This document shows positions 47,541 to 60,440 of a stretch of 64,000 nt of DNA, in pieces. The position numbers and the translations under genes are program-made. Numbering within the stretch: position 1 is the stretch's first letter; each line of letters starts with the position of its first letter. The notes below the pieces were generated by a model. That model was not told the DNA's origin and did not search any database. It saw only the letters and a list, made by a program, of their open reading frames with translations. The stretch comes from Trichoplax sp. H2 (Eukaryota): assembly GCA_003344405.1 (NCBI GenBank), contig NOWV01000102.1, positions 1 through 64,000 of the forward strand, in the 5' to 3' direction.

Positions 47541-50500
47541 ATGAAGACATTTTTAATTTTGAATCTAATATTGACATTAGCGTTTGTCGCCAACGGCATC
47601 CGGTTCAATGGTAATAATTTTAATTCAATTTTTTATCTTAGGCCAATTGTTACACCAAAGTACTGCTATTACTGGTCAAATAATTGCATCAATAAGATAT
47701 TTGCTTCATTTTATAGTTTTTAATTCAAAATTTTGATATGAACTACTGTACTATTAGGCAGATAGAATCAAAATTTAATTATAAACAATAAGTATGAAAC
47801 AGTCCATTAACAGCTTATGAGATCGTAGAACATTCTATATTCAAAATTGGTCCAGGCAGTATTTCGTAAATTGACAGCAAAATTTTATTACTGGATGAAT
47901 TAGGATAGCTTTGTTAAGGAATGGTCAAATACACTCCACGTTGCAAATTGCAATACGCTAATATGTTGCCTAAAACTAGGAAAAGTAATCCAACTATCTA
48001 TCTATTTTTATAATTTCGATATTAATCCTGCTTTTTAATGGATTTGTAACAGTAGCTATGAGAAATTTACAAAACAGGTCAGCTTACAGATTCGGAACGT
48101 GGAAATAATCTTTCGCTAAACTGCTAAGATCACACTTAGAGAAATAATAAAACAAATGCATAGTCATTTTAGTAATTTACGAGGCCTTACAGGACTATAC
48201 TATCGAATTAACAGATTATTCAAGGCTTTAATTTACTAAATTGCTAGTAAATTTAATGTTAGTTCAAGAACTGAATAAATACATTCGATGCCATAAATAT
48301 TAATGTGTTAACATAACAAAGTTTATTAACTATTGTAATTTTAGATATTAATCGAGCTTAAATATCTAGATCAGTAGGTATAACTATGAGAAATGGGATA
48401 AATATTATAACTAACAGATTTAGAATATGGATCTTATATTAACTTGGTCGAATCGTATTTAGTAGTAGCACTATAACAATTAAACAGAATCCTTAACATG
48501 ATGGGAGGTATTACACAACTATATAGATTTAATTAGAGCAAAAATTCGGGAAAGGAAAAATTAATTAAATTAAATTTTTCTCTCTTCAATTACTGGCAAA
48601 ACTTCATTGCTGGATGAAAAAAGCAGAATAGCTTTGGTAGTCCCCGAATATCAACATACATCACTGCTTAATATTACTGTAGAAAAAAAAATTGAATTAT
48701 TTATCAATTTTTTCTGAATAAATCCAGCTTAATACGTCAATAGACGAAATATGTAATTCAAATTTACTCAATATAAAGGTTTACTAACAGGAAATGTGGG
48801 ATGATCTTGTTCTAAACTAACAGAATTGATATTGTAATCTAGAGCGATAAAAAAGTTTTTATTACTCTTAGGAGATCTTCTAAGTCTTTTAAAGAAATTA
48901 GTTGCGACAGTCATTTACTAACAACTCCCATATTACATTAAGCAAATGCGTAGTAGCTTTATTACGTAATTACATAAACAAATAATTATAATCTTATACG
49001 CAATTATTGCTGAGAAATCTTATATCTTGGATATTAGTTTAGCTCAATCATTAAGACTAAAATCTTTTAAACTTTCAAGTAACTAGTAGCAATATATTAA
49101 ATAGGTGATACGTCTTGGTTAATGTTTGTTTCTATATTGACTACAGTGAGAAATTCATATTGTTAATTTCAGATTTGTTAACTATTTGATGCAACAGTAT
49201 ATACTGTTTAATCTCCCATTAATGCAATATGTAGAAGATGCTCTTTAAGTATATCGGAAAATGCCGCGTGCATGTTTTCGTTACACTAAATCATATGAAT
49301 TATTGCTATTTATTATTTAATACCAAGAAATACTCTAAAAAACTCTTCAACACCTCTTATTATTATAGTTTCGAAGCAAGTCTATAAATGGGGCTATGGA
49401 GATTACATCGGTTAGTATTATATCTTTGTTATTAGATTTAATTACCTCCGAATATTTTGTTAAGGGTTAATCATTACAATATTCTTCCAAGCCTAGTAAA
49501 TTATTCCTAATATATATAAATATTGCCGAGCTCATAAATGTAATGATCATAAAACTTCTATTTCTATAATAAATACCATGGACGGACCCTTACTACTAAA
49601 TCATTATCTTACATTCTTATTTCATACTTAATCACAATTGATCATTTTTCGTCATAATGTGATATAATATTGCCCTTCCAAGATAAAAATACTTTAAGAA
49701 GTCATAATATACTTATAAATAAGAAATCAGTTTATATAAATGTATGTAAAGGACATAGGATAAATTAATCTAGAAAAAATTATATGAAGGATGGCTTCCT
49801 CATACGTTTGATGTTTTCCAATATATGCATATCCTGCAGCTTTACGAAATATTGATAGCGAAGCAGTAATAAGAAAGGGCTATAGATCTATTTTAAGTAT
49901 AATTGTAGTCGGCTGTTTAATTCCTTAACTTAGGAGATATTTGAGCTATGTGTTTTGCTAAATAATATAGTTTAGTTACGATAGACCTATAAAATAAATA
50001 AACTAGTTCATTAAGACTACATAAGTAGTATTAAAGTATACCAGCTGCAATAAGATAAATTAATTCATCAAGGCTCTTTAGCATTTAGAGCAGTCAATGA
50101 ATAAAATATCTTAGTTTTATTTTTTGGAGATGCAATAGTAGATTAGTAATAAATAAGGTATAACTTATAAATGGATTAATAAACAATCTCAATCAGAGGT
50201 GGATCTATAATTGTAAAATCGAGCGGTATTGCAATCAATATACATTTTGCTACTTAAAACTTTATTTTCTATCCATTTTCAAGTATAAAATGGCTAGCAT
50301 AGAATTATCACAATAATAGATTCGATATCATATTATAGGTCCAAATAAATGGGGTTTGTACTATCCATATTGCAATGGCCTTCGTCAGTCACCTATCAAC
50401 ATCATTTACAAGACAGTTCAACATAATCAGAGATTACAGCCCTTGAAACTATCCAATTTTGATAGAATAATTCATGGAAATTGTACCATACGCAATAATG

Positions 50501-52674
50501 GCAAAAGTATTGATATTTTTATCCCTCAAACAGGCAATGTTCCGACATTGCAAGATTATCGAGGTGAAATTTATCAGAGCGCTGGTTTTCATTTTCATTG
50601 GGGTTCTACTAATAGCCAAGGATCGGAAACGTGGCTAAATAATAGGCAATATCCTCTCGAGGTTAAACTATTGCTTGCATGAACTAAATTACTATTACAT
50701 TTATAATCAGCAAGGATTAAATTTTTCGATCTTATTGAATTAGTAGGTTGTTCATCTTCATTGAATTGATTGCTAATATAAATACATTTCAATATTACCA
50801 ATTCAGGCCCACGTAGTGTTTTGGAATACTAGATTCGGAGATTTGCAAACTGCATTGTATGAAAGTGATGGTTTAGCAGTCATTGGAACTTTGATTGATG
50901 CAAGTGTAACTATTAAACAACATTAAGAATTAAGATAATTCATGGAAGAAATATTGTAATATAGCATTAAAATCGACAATAACTGCGAGGCATTAAGAAT
51001 TAACTAAAGGAAAGTGTATGAAAATGCTTTGAATTTAATTAAATGATGATTTATCAAAAGCATAGGGTACCTCACAGTATGACCTCTAAATTCAGCTAAC
51101 CATTTTATATTACAGAAAGCTTACTAGTATAAAAAGGGGTAGAAATCCAATCATATACTCCAATTCCTAAGATCTAAGCTCATTTACTGCAGATCTGCTA
51201 CTTTATGTAAGAGTATTATAAGTCCAAAGAAATCTGGTCGATTTATAGCAATGGCCAAATATGATTATAATCTCTTGTTGAGTTCCTCATTAATAGTATT
51301 AGATATCAGTTAGCGGATGTTACAATTCTCACGTTAGTAAATGATCAATTTAGTGAAATCTTTTGAAACCCTAGGGATGTAAAAACAATAGAAATCCAAT
51401 ATAAACAGCATCTTTTATTTTTTAAAGATTTAAATTCATCGACTAACAGTTCTCTTATCAATATCATTGATGTAAATAGTAAGAAACTTTTATTAAAATC
51501 ATAAGAAATGAAGGTAAAATTTTACAATCCTGTATTGTATGCCTTAGTAAATGAATGGTTTTCAGTTCATAAAACTAAAATAGCTCACAAATCATCTACA
51601 TAACCGGCTCGTATTTAAGTTCTACCATAATAAAAATGAAATGTATAATTCAATACTATAATTTTCAAAAGTTTGAAAATCCTTGCGCTAATAGTATATT
51701 ACTAATTTTGTTGCCTTAATATCTTAAAACAGCCAAACGAAACGCAAATAACAATTAGTTTATATCCATTAGATTGGAAAACATAATCCCAGCTTTGATC
51801 TAGTGATAGAAAGTATCCAAAAAGTCAAATACAACGGTAAGGAATATGGATACTACTAAGTGAATTTTTGAATAATAGTCTTGATAAATACTGTCTGATA
51901 TTAGAGATTTCAACAGATAGTTTGAAAAATAACGGCGTCTGGCCTATTCAATGGCGTTAATACTCGTCTATAATACGATATATATGATTTACTATCATTT
52001 TATATTTCCTCGATATTCTAAACAAAATTTGTATTATCTTAAAGGACAAAAACAAAATATTAAAAATTTCAGTTTACGATCCTTTGTTGCGGAATCTCTA
52101 TCTGAATATTTCTTATTTAATGGTTCATTAACCACACCTCCATGCACTGAGAATGTCTTGTGGCATGTTATGGCTGGAAAAATTAGCATATCGCCAGATC
52201 AGGTAACTAATCAAAGGCGTTTAAAGTTCAATTTAATAAGGAAATAGCGTCTCCTTATAGCCAATGGCTGTTAGATTAGAAATCGAAAGTTAAAGTGAGG
52301 ATGTGATTTTCAATCGTTACGGCAGTGTATGATTAAAATTGCCTTTAAATATAACCTAGTTTTATAATATAAAAATATACTAAGTTCAAACAATCTATAG
52401 TTAACTTATATTCATCAATATTCTTAATTATTTTCCTCACTAATTCTAGCTGAATGCATTCCGAAACGTTTATACAACGAATAGCTCTGTTGGTGTCAAC
52501 TCTGTGAAACTTTTAGAAAATTTTAGACCACTTCAAAAACTTAATAATCGTGCTGTCTATTCAAGCTTTGATATTAGTAAACTTACTGGTGCATCAGCAG
52601 GTCTTTATAGATCTTGGCTATTTATCTTCTTATCGACAGTATTGATGTTTCTAACCATTGACGTGATGCTATAG
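47541..52674 (+). CDS. Secreted/GPI-anchored alpha-carbonic anhydrase (CA IV-like topology)
   Basis: Exons: 47541-47610 (signal peptide), 49369-49410 (WGY), 50339-50661 (QSPINI, HFHWG, GSE, YPLE), 50807-50899 (AHVV), 51773-51836, 52045-52202 ([14 protein letters not shown]), 52450-52674 (NFRPLQ, hydrophobic tail). All three Zn-binding His are present. Confidence 0.88.
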
Positions 52675-53603
52675 TGAATTAATGGGCAGGTTTCAAGTAC
52701 AAATAATGGATCGATTTCTAACATTACAATAAATATATTAAATTTTCTATAATTGACTTTCTTTTAAATCAGTAATACCTATTAGCTTAGAATAGATGAT
52801 CATTGTAGAAATAGGTATAAATGTAAACGATACTATTCCATTCAGTTGGGTAATTTATTTTTCATCGGAATCATATACAAATATTGGTTTAAAAGGTCTT
52901 GCGTGTTTTTCTTGTACCATTCTTGTTTTCTTATATGATTTGAGATTACAATAATACTAATAAACTAGTATACTGATATTAAAATATGCTAATGTAAGAT
53001 TATAATCATGCAAATCTGATAAGAAATACTACATGCTAGAATAAGTGTTTGCATTACTCGATTTATTGCTCACAAGTTCATTTAGGATTATAAAATATTT
53101 TTAATTTAAAGGAAAGCCTAATTAAGCTTAAGTAGAAATTGAACACGAATTTATTGAAGTTATTATTTATACTTACTCTAGTACTCTAGTAGTAGTCTCT
53201 CAATAAATAGTCACCCAATAATAGCGGATAAGAACAGTTTATTGCTTAGTAACTATTATTGAATATTACTATAACAAACTTAGATAACGAAATCTATGCG
53301 GTACACAGCTATATCTCAGACCAAATCCCTTCGTAAAGCTATATCTACCGTCTCTAAATTATCCACTATTAGCACTTGACTATTTCAATAACTAGAAATG
53401 GTATCTTTGATACCACTAGTCTGCGATAGTCTAGTACTGCCATTTTAATATTTATCATCGGAGGTCTTACATTAAGACCTATTTTCCTAAACGTATGTAT
53501 GCAAAGAAATATAGGTAAAAAAACTTTCGATTATCTTACTATATATCATATTTGTCGCGTAAAGTGCTGTGATAATCATAAGTTTCATAACTAAATGAGC
53601 AGG

Positions 53604-55522
53604 CTAAACATTGTTAGTAAACATAGTCGATGCAAATACGGCCAATAATATAGTCCAAATGGTCCAGCGTGAATATAAGCCTAATGCAGCACCCACAGTT
53701 CCGGTAGTCAGTTGATTAAGTTTAAAACTTGTTAGAATAGTTCTGCCATTTAACTGCTGAGTTGGAAAATTTTTTCCAATAAGAACAGAATTTTGCCGAG
53801 ATAACCGTACTATTGGTCGAATATAATTTTCGAAATTCCTCCTGCTAGATACATACATGAAAGAAAACTCAGATCAGCTGTTCGTGTTACACTATAACCA
53901 TATTACATTTATTCAATCGATAAAGAAGCGATACAAATAATAAAGGGTATATTTAGAATGATCAAGAAAGTTGTTCTATATCAGGATAGCTAGTAAGGCA
54001 ATCCATAACATATAGAAATTCTCGCCTGAGCCTGTGATAATTCCATGGTGTGGGCCATAACATGCCAGGCAACATTTTCAGTACATAGTGGTGTAGTTAG
54101 AGATCCATTAAATGCAAAGAAGCTTGCAGCATTTTGATTAATAATGGAACGAATCTTTAGACCGCTAAACGGATATGATTGTGCTAATAGTTAGCAAGCA
54201 AGGATAAAGTAAACTTTAGATAGGTGAGGATAAGTTTAAATTTAGATGCAAGCAATGATAAAATAAAAATTACGGTCAGAAATTGGAAGTATCGATAATA
54301 TTCTTCGGTAATGATACATTTAGCCGCACAGAAAACCTGCATACAATTGCACAAGAAGTAATAGAAATACCTCGATGTTTGATATACTTTAGATTATCAA
54401 TAATTGGGTTCAGTGCGCAGCTATATTTTCCAACCTGAATGACGAAGCCAGTAAAGGGAATTAAAAGTAAATCAGCACAGTACTCATAGTTTGATATAAT
54501 TCTACTTGATTAAATGCATCCTTATTATTGAATATGCATTTAATTTTTAACATTACTGGAGTTAATTACGGCTATGGCTATGATGAGCTACCTTTTTTAG
54601 CTGAGAATATTAAAATGGCTGCATTAATTACCGTAACTTACTTGGTATAAATTAGAAAGTCCATCAGAGCTATTGGCAGCTTCAAGAAATTCATTGTAGC
54701 GGGTGTTTGCGAAGACTATATGCTCCTAAATTTTAAAAATAAAAAAATGTATTCAGAAACTGTTTAAGTTATAACTTTCTTGACAAGATCAATTTTTCAA
54801 GTTGGTTATGGTATACCTAGCTTCAGATATTATTAATAACCGTTAAGCATGTCAATCTGAGAAATTCTAACCTCTAGAGGATATTGCAAGTTATTTAAAA
54901 ATGTTTCAGATCCAACATTATTATCTGGCCCCTAATGGTAATGAAATTGTACCAATCGGTATCTACTTTTAGTTAACGGGGAATAGATGGTAGGAGTTGT
55001 ATTGCTTCTGATATTTACATGTGCGGTGTGTCCGTTATTCAATAACAGCAAAGTTTGATTAGTCGTTTCTTCGAAACCAAGCAAATCCAGAGCAAGTCCT
55101 TGGACGTATTGAATGTCAGAGTAGGCAATGTTGATAGGCGATTGAAGATGTCCCTTGCATGTTTGAAAACACTGACCCCATGTTTTAGGGCCTAGATTTT
55201 ACAATGATAAAGAAGTTAAGAGAGTAGACCATAGCCTCATATATTTTTAGTGCATATGATACTAATCAGTAGTTATCGACTATTTGCCGGCCATATTTAT
55301 CATTACCGGATGACTTAAAAAATATGATGTTTATGTCAATGAGTTAATGCAAACTTCATTTAGCAAGACATATATGGGCTCTTAATTGAATATATTGCGG
55401 ACATATTTGAGATATCTTTATTTTAGTCATCAAAGACATCATTTCAATAGTTAAGAATAAGATAATATGTTTTATCATTTTACCTATGACTGCATAGTCC
55501 TAGGGACATATATTGTGGACAC
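53604..55522 (-). pseudogene. Alpha-carbonic anhydrase pseudogene (tandem duplicate of the 58508-60440 gene)
   Basis: Relative to the paralog: TGG>TAG at 55500-55502 and at 54932-54934 (HYH*G), a 9-bp deletion removing LAV (~54660), a GT>GC donor (~54025), a +1 frameshift (~53797), and loss of the Arg in NFRP. Confidence 0.88.
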
Positions 55523-58507
55523 CTAGCGGAGAGTAGAACACGAAACAGAGCTATAGGTAAAAATGTTGATGTTAAGTATTCGAAGGCATTTCATGTTTCA
55601 ATAATCAGCTTAACTAGTCTTGAAAGTAGTTGGTTACGTACGTACTGTATACGTATAAAATACTATTAAAGTTCGAAATGCGGTTATCACGTGTATAACA
55701 TATGTACAGAATTGGTCAATTGCAAATTGGTCGTCTAAAACTTATGCTTGTATATCTATTTTGGTGACTACCTTATATGATGAGGATAGCAAAATATGTC
55801 ATTTTAATACTGATGAATATTTTACATTTTACTCGGAGAGAGTTAACTTTAAGCTTTAAGTTTGTAAGCTTATAAAATTGAAAAATTACATTATAGATAT
55901 TAGAAGTCTTGGAAGTTATTTTACGCACTTAAATTTCGGTGCTCTAGTCGCCGCTTAATACATTTACGATTCTTTGTCTCTAATTTATTTTTGACAGTGA
56001 AAAACTTCTGTTTTATAGCCCAATAATACTTTTACTCAGACTATTGATGTAATCTTATTACAAAATTGATAGAGATAGTATAATTTAATTTCATTAATTG
56101 TGATAGTGTATTATTTCATCTACAGTATCTGCGATAAAAAACAGCTAATTATTACAGCAGTTTACGCAGTTGATACAAAAATATCTACGATTTCGTTACA
56201 GTTAAATTATGGCTGTAATGTCTCATACTTTCATGCACTGTGATGTAATATAATTGATAGCATGTGCAAGGGTATACTTCAAATTTTAATAATTACTGAG
56301 CAAACTTTTGGTAGGTGAGTAAATTTTTAACCTTTGTACTATTAAAAATAGATATAGCCGTAAGTACATTTTTTTATTTCTTTAAATTACCTTTACCTTT
56401 ATAATTATTTGGTCACAAACGAGGGAAGTCATGACTGTTGTATCTGTTTTACATTGATTGCCAGATACGTGGAAGTTCTGTAGGTACTATGAATTCAACT
56501 GTTGAAAATTTATAGAGAGTTCTATTTAATTTATTACTTAGCTAAATACTTATCTTTGCCGTTGTGATATATACCAATCACGAGATTCCAAATTTTAGAA
56601 AAATAAGGGCTTTATTGAATCTTATACAAAGATTAATTACACACAGCTCTACTCTAGCCGAATACTACTACTAAAGACTTCTAGAACGAACAGAATAATC
56701 TAAAGTTGCATGCTTTTATACTTTTCGTAGCATTCGCAGCTACAATCTGCATGGCAATTGACATAGTTAAATTATTCTTAGTAACACTATTCTACTGCGG
56801 ACCATCATTAATCCAATATGGATACGACTACAGTACTTACGTAGACATTATTTACACCAGCTAAAGTACAATGAATTAGCCATATCCTAATATATGATTT
56901 ACAGTTCTATTTTTACCTATAGCCTTATTAGTAACTCAACACCTTACTGTATATAGTCATCTGTATTCTAGCATAGAGTCTATACCACTACAGTCTATAG
57001 TTATAGCTACCAAATATCTCTTAGAATAAATATCTACCGTATATCATACTAAACATGGCTAACAGTCTACAATCACATCATTAGTTACATTACAGCCGTA
57101 AACCAGTATCATAATTGTAACTAGGACAATACAGGTCATGACTTCAACGTCTTTTACTAATTGTTACTTATTGAAGGATCAATATTGCGGGTAAGGATTA
57201 TGCTTCTAATGGGAATAGTCTGGCCATAATCGTATTGATCTCGATCATATTCGTTGGAACAGGACCGTAGAATTTCTAGGTTATAATATTTTAAAGCCAT
57301 AAAGTAAGAATTTAATGGATGACAATCCAAATATAGTACGAATATTAGAAAATTTTCACTACTCAGGGAATGAAATGGATTGTGTGAGGATAAGTCTTAC
57401 GTTAAAATATCTCCAGATGAAGGCAAACAAGATAATTTACCTGAAATAAAACTGCTGCTATGCGATGATGTAATTATTAATCGAGGTGAAGAAATTGTTT
57501 AGTTACAATTCAGCGAGTTTACTAAAATATTGGTGATACGTTGCTGAAGTGACATTAACTAGAAATAGTCACTAGATATGTATTTCTATAAACATTGTGG
57601 ATTAATTTGGTTATGGAGTAAAAATCGTTTGAATGTTAAGATGAGTCATCAACACTATCTTTTGTAGCTGCTACTAAAGAGTGCAGTGTATACTAGCTCG
57701 ACAGATTGCCGAATAAAATTAGTTCTCTAGCTTCATAAAGTAAAGGTAAAAGATCCAAGTTATCATAAAGAGCTAATAGATATTAATTCCTGGAAACTTC
57801 TAAAACTCAGAAGTTGCATCGTTATTGCGAAACTGGCTTGTAATTAAGGGTAAAAAGTTTGGTAGATATCAGTAATAGTATCATTATATTTTAACATTAT
57901 CTAAAAGAGATACACATTAAATATCAAGACCCACTTTCATCATGCAATTATTTCTTTATTACGAGTTTACGACAGATGAAATACGTACATTCGAACGGAT
58001 CAGAGAATTAAAAATCATAAATTACATTGAACAATAATAAAATAGTAATGAGCAACGAGCTCAAGATATATACTGTATTCCAGTACAGTCTGCTATCTTG
58101 CAGACTGTCTATTTGGAACCGTACTCAATATATAAAAGTAGCAAATTGCATTTGATTACGGTATCCTTGAAGCAGATCAATATTCAATCTGCGAATTTGC
58201 TACTTTAAATATGGAAACTGAAATACGGAAGACCATATCCAATTTCTAAATATTATAACCTTAATTACTCTTGCTTTTATTATTTCTATAATTCAGAGCA
58301 GCTAATGAACAGAAATTACTAGTAATTAAGATTACATGAAAATAAAGCGAAAAGCTGAGCCAGTAAAAGTATGCATACACGGATTGGGTACTGAATGCAT
58401 ATACTTCATCGTTAAACTGTCGTATACGACGTAGGTAAACTTACGATTATGCTACTATATATCAATATTTGCCGCATAAATTGCTGCGACAATTATAAAC
58501 TGTATCA

Positions 58508-60440
58508 CTAAATGAACAAGGTAAACATGGTAGGTATAAATACCGCTGATAATAAGGCCAAAACTGCCCAGCGTGAATGTAAGCCTAATGCAGCACCTAC
58601 AGTTCCAGCAGTCGGTTGGTTAAATTCGAAACTTGCTAGAATAGACCTACCATTTAACATCTGAATAGGTCTAAAATTTTTTTCGATGATTACCAAATTT
58701 TGTGTGCCAACGGTGTTATTGGTTGAATATAACTTTCGAAATTCTTCTAGCTATATATGAGTAAAAGTATGATTTATTATTCCAATTCATATGGCAACAG
58801 GTAATACATAAAAATATCCTATCTAAGTTAATAGCATACTTATATTATACTTGTATAGATCAGAACAATACAGGATGTGGTATAGTTAGATAGTCAAGAA
58901 AATCATTCAGCATCATCACAGTGAGTAAGGTAATCAATAAAATGATAAAATTCTCACCTGAGCCTGTGATAACTCTAATGGCTCGGCCATAACATGCCAG
59001 GCAACATTTTCACTACACGGTGGCGTAGTTAGAGATCCATTGAAGGCAAAAAACCTTGCATCATCTTCATCAACGATCGAACGAATTTTTAGACCGCTAA
59101 AGGAATGCGATTGCCCTTTTGGTAAACAAAAATAGATAAACTTTAGATACGTGCGGACTGCTGCAAGTTTAAATACAAGTAATGATGAAATGAAAAACTA
59201 AGGTTTGAAAATTAATAGTATTAAAAATATTTTGCACTAATGATATTTACAGCGGTATGGATGTCTGCACACAATTGCATAAAAAGTAAATATAAATACC
59301 TTGATATCGGACATACTTCAGATTACTAATGACAGGATTCAGTCCACTATTATACTTTCCAACCTGAAGAGCAAAGTCAGAATAAGGGAATTTAAATTAA
59401 ATCGGTACAGTATATATATATACATATATATAGCTTGATGTAATTCTGGCTAATAAGATATGAATATATTCTAGATAGATATAATTTATGATAGTATTAG
59501 AGCTAATTATAGCTATAATGAACCACCTATTTTTGCTAAGAATACCGAAATGATTACATTAATTAATTTACTTTGTATAAATTAGAGAGTACTGCAAGCC
59601 CATCAGAACTATTGGCAGCTTCAAAAAAGTCCTTGTAGCGCATGTTAGCGAAGACGATATGCTCCTAAGTTTGAATATGAATAAATGTATATAATAAATT
59701 ATTTAATTTATAACTTCCTTGACAAGATCAGTGTTTCCAAATGATTAAGCATATTTAGCACCAGCTATTATTGATAAGGCTTAAGCACCTCAATTTCAAA
59801 AGTTGCTAACCTCCAATGGATATTGCAAGTTATTTAAAAATGTTTCAGATCCAACACTATTATCTGGTCCCCAATGATAGTGAAACTGTACCAATCGGTA
59901 TCTACCTTTAGTTAATGGAGAATAGATGCTTGGAGTTGTATGACCTCCTATATTTACTTGTGCAGTGTGCCCGTTATTCAATAAAAGCAAAGTCTGAGTA
60001 GTCGTTTCTTCGAAACCAAACAAGTCTATAGTAAGTCCTTTGATGTATTGAATCTCAGAGTAAGCAATATTGATAGGCGATTGGAGATATCCATTACATG
60101 CTTGGAAACACTGTGGCCAAGTTTTAGGGCCTAAATTACGCAAGTATCGGGAATAAATTCAGAAAGTAGGCTATAAAGTTATATTTATGTGTATATTATA
60201 GTCATCGGTCACATTATTTTCATTAGATAACTTAAGAAAATCGATATCTATGTTTATAAGTTAGTACAAGCATAAAAGCAAGTATTAGTTAATAATAAAT
60301 TGAATGCAATACTAATGACATATTTGAAATAAATTTTTAATTTTACTCTGAGATACTCTTTGAGAATCTAATAATAACATGATATATTTTATCGCTTTTA
60401 CCTTTAGCAGCATAGTCCCAGGCACATATATTGTGGACAT
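58508..60440 (-). CDS. Alpha-carbonic anhydrase with GPI-like C-terminus (5'-partial; signal-peptide exon predicted just past the window end)
   Basis: Exons ~60440-60402 (WDY), 60130-59811 (QSPINI, NNGHT, HYHWG, YPLE), 59664-59572 (EHIVF), 59363-59300, 59115-58958 ([14 protein letters not shown]), 58751-58508 (NFRPIQ, hydrophobic tail). No disabling lesion seen. Confidence 0.85.

Noticed and set aside
54932-55502. Stop-codon recoding of the two in-frame TAGs in the CA copy
   Set aside because: The accompanying frameshift and core deletions indicate ordinary pseudogenisation.
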